Source: Candidatus Heimdallarchaeota archaeon (GTDB lineage Archaea > Asgardarchaeota > Heimdallarchaeia > Heimdallarchaeales > Heimdallarchaeaceae). Taken from it: 40,535 bases of DNA. A program made the position numbers and the translations under genes. A model generated the notes under the pieces. It was not told where the DNA came from, made no database searches, and saw only the letters and a program-made list of their open reading frames with translations. The stretch lies in contig JAAFKJ010000147.1 of NCBI GenBank assembly GCA_021399395.1, positions 1 through 40,535 on the forward strand. The letters run 5' to 3'. This document shows positions 17,564 to 26,907 of the stretch, piece after piece (within the stretch, counting starts at the first letter, position 1; every line of letters begins with the position of its first letter).

Positions 17564-18595
17564 TTGTACAAGAGCAGAATGAGAATCTATAGATCAAAAG
17601 CAACCCAGGTTAAAGGTAAGAACTGGAAAATAGCTTGTGATAGTACAAATTCTACTTACTACCCTTTAGTTTTTTACAGTCATGCTCATTCTGATCATAT
17701 ACCTAGAAGGTTGCCAAAAACAGATATAATTACTTCTCGAATAACACAGATCCTCCTAAAACATTTAACATCAAATTTTGAAGATCCAACTTATCATGAG
17801 ACTTATTCTGCTGATGAACTCGTTATTAAACAGATATCTAGTGGTCACATTGTTGGTTCTACTGCCATGATCTTAGATTCAGATGAAGGTAAACTGATAT
17901 ACACTGGAGATGTATCAATAAGGGAGAAAGGTTTCTTAGAACCATTCAAACCTGAAAAATGTGATAAATTAATAGTTGAAAGCACCTTTGGTTCTCCTGA
18001 ATATATCTTCCCAGAGTATAATGAAATAATAAAAGAAACAAGAGAACAGATCTCAAATTATCTTGAAAATAACATTCCTGTTGTTTTGATGGGTTATGCA
18101 TTAGGAAAAGCACAGATGCTATATCATGCATTTTCAGATCTGTCTGAAACAATAGTTATGCATGGTGCAAATTACAAAATCAACTCCTTACTGCTAGAGG
18201 AGAATGTCGGGGGTTCTATTCCTGCTACAGCATATGAGGAAGCAAAAGAAACTGAATTACTAGAAAAAAGTAATAACTGGATACTTTATACACCTTTAAA
18301 ATCTGGTAGAGACGCTTTTTTTTCTCACCTAAAACAGAAATATGGAGTCAAGCTTTTTGCTTTTAGTGGTTGGTGTATATCACCTAATTACAAATTTAGA
18401 ATGGCGGTTGATCATGGTACCACTATAAGTGATCATGCGGATTTTAAAGAATTAATTGAGATTTGTAACAAATGTGATCCTGATCAGATTTACACAATAT
18501 ACGGTGATAATGTTAGATTTGCGGCGGAATTAAGAAAATTGGGTTTTAACGCATCCCCCTTATCAAAACAGACTCTTCTTGAATCATACTTTTAG
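17564..18595 (+). CDS. MBL-fold beta-CASP nuclease
   Basis: SHAHSDH, GHIVGS, YTGD, ESTFG, YALGKAQ, SGW, SDHAD. Confidence 0.88.
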   Translation: MYKSRMRIYRSKATQVKGKNWKIACDSTNSTYYPLVFYSHAHSDHIPRRLPKTDIITSRITQILLKHLTSNFEDPTYHETYSADELVIKQISSGHIVGSTAMILDSDEGKLIYTGDVSIREKGFLEPFKPEKCDKLIVESTFGSPEYIFPEYNEIIKETREQISNYLENNIPVVLMGYALGKAQMLYHAFSDLSETIVMHGANYKINSLLLEENVGGSIPATAYEEAKETELLEKSNNWILYTPLKSGRDAFFSHLKQKYGVKLFAFSGWCISPNYKFRMAVDHGTTISDHADFKELIEICNKCDPDQIYTIYGDNVRFAAELRKLGFNASPLSKQTLLESYF

Positions 18596-18598
18596 TCT

Positions 18599-18967
18599 TT
18601 AATAACTAGCAATCAGATCTTCTATTTTCTTTTCTTTGTAGATGATTTCATTCAAATGTATTATCTGAATAGGTATATCCCTTCGGGCAAGAAAGTCTCT
18701 TGCATTAGTACTAACTGAATTGCAGATTAGAACCAGCTTTTTCAAATTCAATGAAATAATCAACTGCTCGAGTTGAAGAAGTTTGTTTGTAGGAATTGTT
18801 CTTTTCCAGTTCATAGTAACTATACCTATATTCTTATCCTGAAGATAAAAATCTATCACATATTTCTGCCTCCCAAATTTGAAAGAAGCATTTTCTCTAA
18901 TAGGTATCTTTCTTAAATTGAACTCATTTCTAAGTACATAGTTTATGACAGATTCTTCTTTGCTCAT
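18599..18967 (-). CDS. Small protein, possibly degenerate restriction-endonuclease-like (PD-(D/E)xK) fold
   Basis: IDFYL..IGI, then LVLICNSVSTNARDF pattern; ExK residues absent. Confidence 0.5.
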   Translation of the reverse strand: MSKEESVINYVLRNEFNLRKIPIRENASFKFGRQKYVIDFYLQDKNIGIVTMNWKRTIPTNKLLQLEQLIISLNLKKLVLICNSVSTNARDFLARRDIPIQIIHLNEIIYKEKKIEDLIASY

Positions 18968-19111
18968 TGAACAAAAGTGTAATTGATTATTAAAAATAAA
19001 CCTTATTACCAGCGTAATATACTGGAAATATCAAAAAACGTAGTTTATTGACAAAAAACATGAGACGCCAGTTTTGAGAAAAATGAAAAAGGATAGATTT
19101 TTCTAATTTTT

Positions 19112-21658
19112 CTATCCAAAAACATACTTCATTTCTTTCCAATTAGATATTCTAGCAATCAAGCGATCAAATAAGGAGATGTGCTTCTTAACCATAGCCT
19201 TAGGAGTGTCTGAGAAAACATAGACGTAGTCGACTTTCTTTCTCTCTACTTCATGTGTTTTTTCTCTTATAGAATAAGTTATTTTCTCATCATTTACCTC
19301 AGTCACCATACAAGCTATACCTGTTTCTAACTCTTCCTTAGTAAACAAAATTACTGATTTTCCCACAATCATTTCAATAAGCGATGTCTGCTGTTCAATT
19401 TTATCTTCCAATAATCGCAGAAGGGCAGGAGGTAGTTCAAAGAATAACTCAGAACCCTTATAGTTATGAGTTTTTATATCTTCTTTTTCGAATACTTTCA
19501 ATTTGAATATCGAATTAGAAAATTGATTTGTAAACTCAATGTCTTCTAAAACAGCTCTTCGATCTGCACCATCTTTGTAAATAAAAATATTTTCTCCGAT
19601 TTTCTTTTCGAAATATGATTTAGATTTTCCAGTATAAGATTTTTCAAATTCTTCAGTTGAATCATCTAGAGATCTGAATTGAAAAATTGGAACTTTAGAT
19701 TTCTTAGAAGTCTTCCAAGAAACAAGTTCTCCCATCTTCCCATTTTTCAGGACATATGTTTCACCAATATTTGCTTCATGGATTACATTATCAGTTAGAA
19801 GTATCTGTTTTTCTTCATCATCCTGTTTGACATTTAATAACATGGGAACACAGATAGTATTACTAATCGTTATCCCAGTAACCTCTCCTTCAACAATATT
19901 GTCGAAAGTTCGATCATAAGCAACTATATTTTTCCCTTTTATTTCTGAGATTACTTCATCCATTCGAGTTATTTCAATGAAGGATTTTACTCCATCCTCA
20001 CCATGATATTCATTAAACCGTTCTGAAATCAGTGTGGAGAATTCTTCTCTTTTTTCACTCAATTTCTTAAGTGACCTTTTTCTAATGAAATTTGGTAAAA
20101 TGAACCAAAATGGTAAAAGCGCTCCTTTTACGGGAGAAAACCTTTCATCAACAACTGCAACAATTCTATAAGCTGTTCTTGGGTGAGACATAAAAATATT
20201 TGCGACCATATCCCATCTTCCTGGTTTGTAAATATGCTTATAGAGCCTTATTGCTGCCTCTCCTTGAAATCTTAATTTTTCATCTTCTGTAAATTCTTTT
20301 CCTGTTAACAATTGTACATTTAAACCAAAATCACCAGCGACACCTTGATAGAAACCTTCTAGTTTGTACAATGCTTGAGCTAATTCCTTTCCATAACCTG
20401 CTTTTTTCGTTTGTAAATCTGCGTCTCCTTCAAGAATTCTAACAAATATGTATAATACCGCAACTATACCATAACTAATGAGGAAATACCATCCAAAAGC
20501 AATATCTACTTTTACAGCTGCATAATCCAATGTAGTAGCTGGTAGGAGAAAAGCTTTCTTTATTATCATTTCAATCCAAGCTAATATCTGAAGCCAGATA
20601 ATATGAGCTCGTTTATTATGTGCCAATTCATGAGCCACGATACCTCGTATATCATCATCACTGAAGTCTCCTATATCGGATGCTATCATAGCAACCCTTT
20701 GATCAAACAAAGGTCCATACGCCATTGCATTCAGAATTGGAGCTTCAACAAATCCAACTTTGACTTTTCTCCTGATTCCTAATTTTAGTCTTACTTCTTC
20801 AACGAGCTTTAACACTCTCTCATCATCTGTGGGTTTGATGCCTAGAAGTATAGTTAGTAACCATCCAGATATGAAGTAAAGCAGAATTGAAAGAATTATA
20901 ATAAGCTCCCAAGGTCCGAGAGATAGGAAAACTACTCTATCAACTAGAAGTGAGTCAGCCACGAAAGTATCTGCCTTTACAAGCCCACCCAAAGTATTAC
21001 CATCTTTTGGAAGTGAGAAAGCATTGCTAAAATCAAAGAAGTAGGAAAAAGTATGATAGTAGATATTCAGATAATTCCATGTTAGGTTATCAAATCCTGG
21101 AACTAGTTTTCCAATACCATAAAGTGCTACATAAACTATAGCAAACAGAGTAAGATACAAAACTTGGGGGGACATGAGACGACTTACTAGAACAAATTTC
21201 TTTCCAAAGAAAATCAAAGCTAGAATAATGAAAACATATAACATGAGATTATATGCCCAACCAGTGAAAATCTCAGTTTTTTCATGAGTAACAAGTTCCC
21301 ATACTTTGTCCCCAACAGTTCCAACTAAGAAGACAAAGTATGTTACGACCGATATAATCATTAGTTCTCTCCATACTGGAGAATGTCTTAATTGATAAGT
21401 TTGGTAAACTGCAAGAACAAATAAACTTAGAGCTATACCCAATAACCAATGCTCTAAAAAGAATAAAACTAACCCAAAAGTCATAGCTATCGATGCTAGC
21501 ATAAGATTTTCTGAAGTTGTACCATGTTTTATTTTTGTTCTGATTTCAGATATTAAGAAAAATAATCCTAAAGCAGTAATTATAAGTCCTAAAATCAGTG
21601 TAATGTTACCATCAACCACTAGATTCCACTTATCGAGAAAATAATCTGCTATACTCAT
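19112..21658 (-). CDS. Polytopic membrane M48 (HtpX/Ste24-like) zinc protease with long C-terminal soluble extension
   Basis: NAMAYG, GIVAHELAH, E..AD, LAQALYKL, SHPRTAYRI; many N-terminal TM helices. Confidence 0.88.
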   Translation of the reverse strand: MSIADYFLDKWNLVVDGNITLILGLIITALGLFFLISEIRTKIKHGTTSENLMLASIAMTFGLVLFFLEHWLLGIALSLFVLAVYQTYQLRHSPVWRELMIISVVTYFVFLVGTVGDKVWELVTHEKTEIFTGWAYNLMLYVFIILALIFFGKKFVLVSRLMSPQVLYLTLFAIVYVALYGIGKLVPGFDNLTWNYLNIYYHTFSYFFDFSNAFSLPKDGNTLGGLVKADTFVADSLLVDRVVFLSLGPWELIIILSILLYFISGWLLTILLGIKPTDDERVLKLVEEVRLKLGIRRKVKVGFVEAPILNAMAYGPLFDQRVAMIASDIGDFSDDDIRGIVAHELAHNKRAHIIWLQILAWIEMIIKKAFLLPATTLDYAAVKVDIAFGWYFLISYGIVAVLYIFVRILEGDADLQTKKAGYGKELAQALYKLEGFYQGVAGDFGLNVQLLTGKEFTEDEKLRFQGEAAIRLYKHIYKPGRWDMVANIFMSHPRTAYRIVAVVDERFSPVKGALLPFWFILPNFIRKRSLKKLSEKREEFSTLISERFNEYHGEDGVKSFIEITRMDEVISEIKGKNIVAYDRTFDNIVEGEVTGITISNTICVPMLLNVKQDDEEKQILLTDNVIHEANIGETYVLKNGKMGELVSWKTSKKSKVPIFQFRSLDDSTEEFEKSYTGKSKSYFEKKIGENIFIYKDGADRRAVLEDIEFTNQFSNSIFKLKVFEKEDIKTHNYKGSELFFELPPALLRLLEDKIEQQTSLIEMIVGKSVILFTKEELETGIACMVTEVNDEKITYSIREKTHEVERKKVDYVYVFSDTPKAMVKKHISLFDRLIARISNWKEMKYVFG

Positions 21659-21711
21659 GACATCTTGAGGTGAAGATGAATACTTTAAAATCTTTTGTCT
21701 TTGGAAATTTT

Positions 21712-22323
21712 TTAAGAAATCGGAATCTGACGAATTACATCATTATTGAGCAAATCTTTTGCTGCTAATTGAGCATCAGTTTCTGTAAGTTTCATTAATT
21801 TTACAATATCGCTTAGTGTCGCAACACCTTTGTATTTCAGAAGCGAAATAACTTTCTTCTGCTGGTGGCTATATGATTTATTAATATCTTGTGTGATAAT
21901 TTTAGGATTTAATTCAAGTTTAGTATTAGCAAGATTTTCAGTAGGTGTGCTATATTTCTTTAAATGTTTGTCAACATAATCGTTCATTAAAGAAAAATGC
22001 TCTACTCGTCCATTCCAATCTTTAAGTTCATCCTCAAATCGGTTGTTGAATTCATCTTGAATGCTTTTTAAATCTGATCTAATCCCACTATCTTCATCGT
22101 CACAATCAGTACAAACGACTGAAACAATTTGTTCGGAAGTAGAATAAATGAACTTATAATTCTTTGTTTGAAGAAAATCGCATCCCTTGTCAACATTTTG
22201 TGCAAAAATCTCAATAGCGCTCAAAAAACTGGTTATAAGATTCTCATCGTGGTCTATGCTACCATACTTCTTATGAAAGAGGCATTCACCTGTATCTTTA
22301 GCTATCCAAATATTATGTAACAT
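21712..22323 (-). CDS. Longin-like domain fused to C-terminal winged HTH
   Basis: MLHNIWIAKDTGECLF...LITSFLSAIEIFA...EF...F...W.G...F is longin-like; VISLLKYKGVATLSDIVKLMKL is HTH-like. ATG 22323 preferred over track start 22386. Confidence 0.7.
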   Translation of the reverse strand: MLHNIWIAKDTGECLFHKKYGSIDHDENLITSFLSAIEIFAQNVDKGCDFLQTKNYKFIYSTSEQIVSVVCTDCDDEDSGIRSDLKSIQDEFNNRFEDELKDWNGRVEHFSLMNDYVDKHLKKYSTPTENLANTKLELNPKIITQDINKSYSHQQKKVISLLKYKGVATLSDIVKLMKLTETDAQLAAKDLLNNDVIRQIPIS

Positions 22324-22463
22324 AGACTTCAAGAAGATAAAAAATGACTTAGCACAAAAACTCATATAATACATGGGTATTTTCACGCGTACACTTAAGG
22401 AGAAAATTAAAACCTAATTTCATAACATAAACTATCAAAAAAATTAAAGAAAAAGAGAAGTAA

Positions 22464-23120
22464 CTATGCTTTATAAGGCATAATTTCTATGACGATATTT
22501 TCATCTATTAGTTCGACATCTCTTGCAGCTTTTCGAACAGCTTCCTTAGCGATTTCAACCATCTGTTCAGTGGTTAAATCATCGTTGTAGGTTTCTTTCA
22601 AATAAGCAATAGCTTCAGAATCACCTTCACCCATTGCCTTAGCTTTGCAAGACATTACTCCGCCACCAGGATCAACGAAATGGAGACTTGGACCTGTTTG
22701 ATCTAAACCGCCAAATAGTAACCCTACTCCAAATGGTCGAAGACCACCTTGTTGAGTAAATACTTGGATGTAATCTCCTATTTTAATTGAGAGCCCTCTA
22801 ACATCCAATGGTTCTGCATAAGTCAGTCTGAATATTTCTGCTTCTAATCTAGAACGAGAGATGAGAATTCGACCATCTGCTGCAACTCCAGCAAATATAG
22901 CTTGAATATTTTCTGATATTTTGTGAATCTTCAAATCTGGTTCGTTCAAATCAACGATTCTGAGTAATCCTGCAAGTACTACACCGTGTTTACTTTTAAT
23001 GCCGACTGCAATACTTCCTCTCCTGACAGATTCTCTAGCATATTCTGTTTGAATAATACGTCCTTCAGGTGAGTACATTGTTGTTGTTCTATCGTATCCC
23101 ATTGATTGTGGTCCTAACAT
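22464..23120 (-). CDS. psmA: 20S proteasome alpha subunit
   Basis: GYDR...YSPEGRIIQTEYA, G..ADGR, TQ.GGLRPFGV, DPGG, A.G. Confidence 0.95.
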   Translation of the reverse strand: MLGPQSMGYDRTTTMYSPEGRIIQTEYARESVRRGSIAVGIKSKHGVVLAGLLRIVDLNEPDLKIHKISENIQAIFAGVAADGRILISRSRLEAEIFRLTYAEPLDVRGLSIKIGDYIQVFTQQGGLRPFGVGLLFGGLDQTGPSLHFVDPGGGVMSCKAKAMGEGDSEAIAYLKETYNDDLTTEQMVEIAKEAVRKAARDVELIDENIVIEIMPYKA

Positions 23121-23124
23121 TTTC

Positions 23125-23787
23125 TTATGCCTCCAAATGTTTCTTTACTTCAGCAGCAGTCAATCTCTTGACTCCTTTTTTGTTCACTACTAAAACATCC
23201 ATTCCGTCACCTGTGGCAGTATCTCTGCTTGTCGCGGTAGCTAATGCTGTAATAGCAATCTTCAAACCTGCTTCTTCAGTTAAGTCTTCTTTCCATTGTG
23301 ATTCGAGGACACCATATGCGACTAAAGAGCCTGATCCGGTAGATGCAAAGTCTTCTTCAGTTATTCCTCCAGCCATATCTAATGTGTAGATGTGACCTCC
23401 ATCCTTGTCTAGACCTGCTACTATCATACTCACATAATAGGGGAAATATGCTCTATATTGCTCGTACATAATGGATGCAAGAAGATTTCCTGCCATTTTT
23501 GTAGATGGATCATATCCTCTTCCTAGTGCGTAGAGGTTTAGATTTGCTCGTGTCAGGTGAACTAGATATTGCGCATCTGAGACCAATCCCGCAATGGTAG
23601 CAATTGTAAAATCGTTGATTTCATGCAATTTTTTTGCCTTTTTAGATGCGATAAAAGAACCCATAGAAGCCCTTTTATCAGCAGCAGCTGCAATTCCACC
23701 TTTGAATTTTAATGCAATTGTTGTCGTACCATGTTTAGGATCCATAAATGGGTTATTTGTCATCCCATTAAAGTTTGGATTGTTCAT
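23125..23787 (-). CDS. psmB: 20S proteasome beta subunit
   Basis: 20-aa propeptide then G|TTT; DKRAS, KKL, AGLVSDAQ, GSGS..AYGVLE, RDTATGDG. Confidence 0.96.
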   Translation of the reverse strand: MNNPNFNGMTNNPFMDPKHGTTTIALKFKGGIAAAADKRASMGSFIASKKAKKLHEINDFTIATIAGLVSDAQYLVHLTRANLNLYALGRGYDPSTKMAGNLLASIMYEQYRAYFPYYVSMIVAGLDKDGGHIYTLDMAGGITEEDFASTGSGSLVAYGVLESQWKEDLTEEAGLKIAITALATATSRDTATGDGMDVLVVNKKGVKRLTAAEVKKHLEA

Positions 23788-23849
23788 AATATTACCTCAG
23801 TTTTTTTAATTATCTTCTGTTTAAATATTTAGTGTTTTGATTGTTTATG

Positions 23850-24566
23850 TCAATTGTAAGTTGTTTCATCGATATGAGTTACTATTTCATCTTCATATAC
23901 ATCAATGCTTACATCATCTAGGTTTAATAATTCATTACTTACCCAATTTGCAACCATCCCTATACTTGAACTAGTAGATTGGTTTTCTCTATACTCAACA
24001 TCAATTGTTCCATCTTTGTGAATAAACAAGCGAACTTGATTATTTTCGGAATCTTCCCAACATAATTGAATAAAACAGTTTATTTCTCTTTTGTAAAGAA
24101 AACGAAAGTTACCAAACCATCTCTTTTCAAGAATTGAAGTTACTATTTCTTGTTCTAAAGGGGGTACAGTTTTTATTTTCTTCCATTGGGAATTATAGTT
24201 ATTGCCTTGTATGTTTATAGCTTTGGCACTTAGAAGATCCTTAATTAGTGATTTTGTGTATCTGCCACCAGAATAAGTTAATTCATAGGTTCCTATATCA
24301 TTTTTAGATAGATACTTCCTACTTTGTAATCTTTTCAATGCTTTTGTAAGCTGATGCTGATGAAGATCAGTGGTCTTTCTTAATCCTGAAAAACTATATG
24401 AAATATTAGAATCTGATAATGTAAGTAGTAATTGAACCTCAGGCAGAGTCATATATTCATACTCTGTACTATAGAAGTAATCAGTAGGCAGATTATCTAA
24501 TTTTAAACTATTATCACTAGTTTGTTTAAAACTTGATAAATCATAATACCCTCGGTCCATATTCAT
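23850..24566 (-). CDS. Winged-HTH domain protein
   Basis: YSFSGLRKTTDLHQHQLTKALKRL...GTYELT. Confidence 0.7.
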   Translation of the reverse strand: MNMDRGYYDLSSFKQTSDNSLKLDNLPTDYFYSTEYEYMTLPEVQLLLTLSDSNISYSFSGLRKTTDLHQHQLTKALKRLQSRKYLSKNDIGTYELTYSGGRYTKSLIKDLLSAKAINIQGNNYNSQWKKIKTVPPLEQEIVTSILEKRWFGNFRFLYKREINCFIQLCWEDSENNQVRLFIHKDGTIDVEYRENQSTSSSIGMVANWVSNELLNLDDVSIDVYEDEIVTHIDETTYN

Positions 24567-24626
24567 AATATTATCAATATATTCTTTGACATAACACTAT
24601 ATAATGACTCGGTTTTATACGAAGTT

Positions 24627-26408
24627 TCACTTACTCTGTGTTGAATTATCCTTCTGTTTCTTATTGTCACTAGATGAGTCTGTAGCATCCTGAGAGGGTG
24701 ATGCTGCTGTTGGGTGTAAATAAACTTCTCCTTCAAGAATGGTATATGGTATCCTACGTTCGTCAACCCATGGTGCATCCTCACGGAATTCTTTAAACAT
24801 ATCATTACTTACTACCATTGCATTTTCTTCATCAGCTAAACGTAAGATGAATTTATCACCATCTACTCGTGCTGGAAGCATTTTTATTGCTCCTTCTTTT
24901 ACCAATTGATCAAGTCTTTTTTGCTCATCAATCTGGTATCTGAGTGCAGCATCAGCAACCGTGATTATTTTCTTAAAATTCGCTCTACTCAATCTGTTTA
25001 TCATAGATTCAACATTTGCAATTTTAGGTTTGTTTGAAGTATTTTTCTCTTCCCAAGCGATATTGGAACCATCTAAGATTGCTGTTTCAAATGGATAATT
25101 TAATTCTGGAAAAATTCTTTCTCGAGAAATCTGAGCTCTTTTAGCTAAACCAAGAAAAATATCTCTTGAGAAATATGCTACTCCCAGAAGTAAAGTAGTA
25201 AATACGATCCCATAAGCAATTTGTATAGTTATCTGTGGATTAACAAAATCTTCTATTGAGATAACTAAAACTTCTTGAAATCTAGTCAGAAGTATATTTG
25301 TATACCATTTTGTTTCAGCAACTGTGGTCCACTCTAAATCTATAGTGAAAAACAAAGCAATAGATCCTGAGCTGGTCGGATTACCTTCAAATGATAAATA
25401 GTTAATTCCAGAAGTTATTCTTGAAGAACTATCAATACTGTCAAAGTCAATGTTTTCACAATCCACTATTGGTAGAACATATAGCGATTCTCCTTCATTA
25501 TTGGTTATTTCATATTTTATTGTATATTGTTCTCCCATGGTGACATTAATGGGCAAATACCAACTATCAATTGTAATATTTGGCATAACAATAATTTCTA
25601 GAGTGTCACTTTCTGTAGCTTTTTCTGTTTCTGGGTCATCTATTGTTCGATAGGTTAAAGTGAAAGAGTGTTTCTGATAGAGATAAGTGTCAGGATAAAA
25701 TCCAACATAATCAGAAATACTATCTCCACCTTCAATTTCTAGATTCGAAACAGAGATTGATCGAGTAATTGATCCTGGTGTGCCTGTTTTATCTATTTCA
25801 TTAGTAACTGTAACATTCGTAACTGTTGTACCACCTGTATTTGAAATTGTAAATGGGACATTATTATTCTGTTCTCTATCAAGATAAACAGTCCTACCGT
25901 TTGGAAAGTACATTCTTAATTTTCCAAATGGAAGAACTATTAATTCAAATGTATCAGAAGCATATTGCATCTCAGCAGTTGTACTATTTGCATATGCATT
26001 TACTGTATAATTTCCAGCATCTTGACTATTGAATGTTGACCATGGTATAGTGTGATTGACATACCCAGTAGATGTTTCATTTAATAGTATGGTATTCTCA
26101 TAAATTACTTCAATAGCTGGATTTGTTATATTCAATTCAATATATGAATCTGGTATATAGGTATCATTACTTTCATAAGTATATTGGAGTGATAAAAGGA
26201 GATCATCTTCTCCTCTTGTCAAGCTAGATGAATTCAACTCCATAATAAACGTTGCATTCTCAAGAATGTTGAGGGCTGGATATTGTGAGTTAGGTTTAGG
26301 ATGGTCCATCGCTTCAACTACATGATATGAAGGATTAAACAAGAAAGTAAAAAACATGAATCCTACAACTAGTATATTGATTCGTTTTTCCAATGACCTC
26401 CTATACAT
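24627..26408 (-). CDS. Single-pass membrane protein: extracellular Ig/CARDB-like region + cytoplasmic Zc3h12a/NYN (PIN-like) RNase domain
   Basis: N-terminal signal, beta-rich sequon-rich region, TM (IAYGIVFTTLLLGVAYF), then AILDGSNIAW, VADAALR, DGDKFIL, VVSNDMFKEF. Confidence 0.85.
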   Translation of the reverse strand: MYRRSLEKRINILVVGFMFFTFLFNPSYHVVEAMDHPKPNSQYPALNILENATFIMELNSSSLTRGEDDLLLSLQYTYESNDTYIPDSYIELNITNPAIEVIYENTILLNETSTGYVNHTIPWSTFNSQDAGNYTVNAYANSTTAEMQYASDTFELIVLPFGKLRMYFPNGRTVYLDREQNNNVPFTISNTGGTTVTNVTVTNEIDKTGTPGSITRSISVSNLEIEGGDSISDYVGFYPDTYLYQKHSFTLTYRTIDDPETEKATESDTLEIIVMPNITIDSWYLPINVTMGEQYTIKYEITNNEGESLYVLPIVDCENIDFDSIDSSSRITSGINYLSFEGNPTSSGSIALFFTIDLEWTTVAETKWYTNILLTRFQEVLVISIEDFVNPQITIQIAYGIVFTTLLLGVAYFSRDIFLGLAKRAQISRERIFPELNYPFETAILDGSNIAWEEKNTSNKPKIANVESMINRLSRANFKKIITVADAALRYQIDEQKRLDQLVKEGAIKMLPARVDGDKFILRLADEENAMVVSNDMFKEFREDAPWVDERRIPYTILEGEVYLHPTAASPSQDATDSSSDNKKQKDNSTQSK

Positions 26409-26509
26409 AAATTACACTTCTATTCTATTATTCAAGTTAAATATTTCTTATTAGTTTAATAAGTTTAACGTGAGTAAACAGTTTTTTCCATAAAAAAATA
26501 AAAAAATGA

Positions 26510-26841
26510 TGAACGATGCGAAAATACCCCTGATTCTGTTGGGAAGCCGTCTAGGACCTTCCGGGCAACATTCGTCTAAGCGCTTTACCCAGTTCATACG
26601 AACTCTACTTAAGCTTGCTCCTCGATGATTGACCGTTTCACCGTTTCCTATATTCTCCTCAGCAAATTATCTCTAAAGATGTTACCACTTTATTCATCGC
26701 ATCATTGTCTCTGAATATAGGTCGTGTCGTTTCTGTTCCAAGAGCCATGTTCTCACATGGTGGATTTACATCCACATCGATTTTTATGGAGTCAGGAGGT
26801 TCCTCAGCAATATGCCGATAGTTGCCATTTCGCTTCGTTCA
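26510..26841 (-). ncRNA. rnpB: Archaeal RNase P RNA
   Basis: Minus strand: P1 GAACGAAGCGAAA/TTTCGCATCGTTC; GAGGAACCTCCTGA pairs with AACAGAATCAGGGGTA (P4); ACAGAAACG, TGAAACGG, GAGCAAG and GCTTAGACGAATG conserved regions. Confidence 0.92.
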
Positions 26842-26907
26842 AGTGCTTTATATCATTATACAAAATAAAACTATCTGTTTTTGTTAGAATTAAATACAAA
26901 TAGATCC

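Noticed and set aside
17564-18967. Beta-CASP nuclease + restriction-endonuclease-like gene as a defence system
   Set aside because: Convergent genes, the small protein lacks catalytic ExK residues, and there is no methylase or other defence context.
23069-23809. + strand ORFs 23069..23389 and 23594..23809
   Set aside because: Antisense shadows of the proteasome genes.
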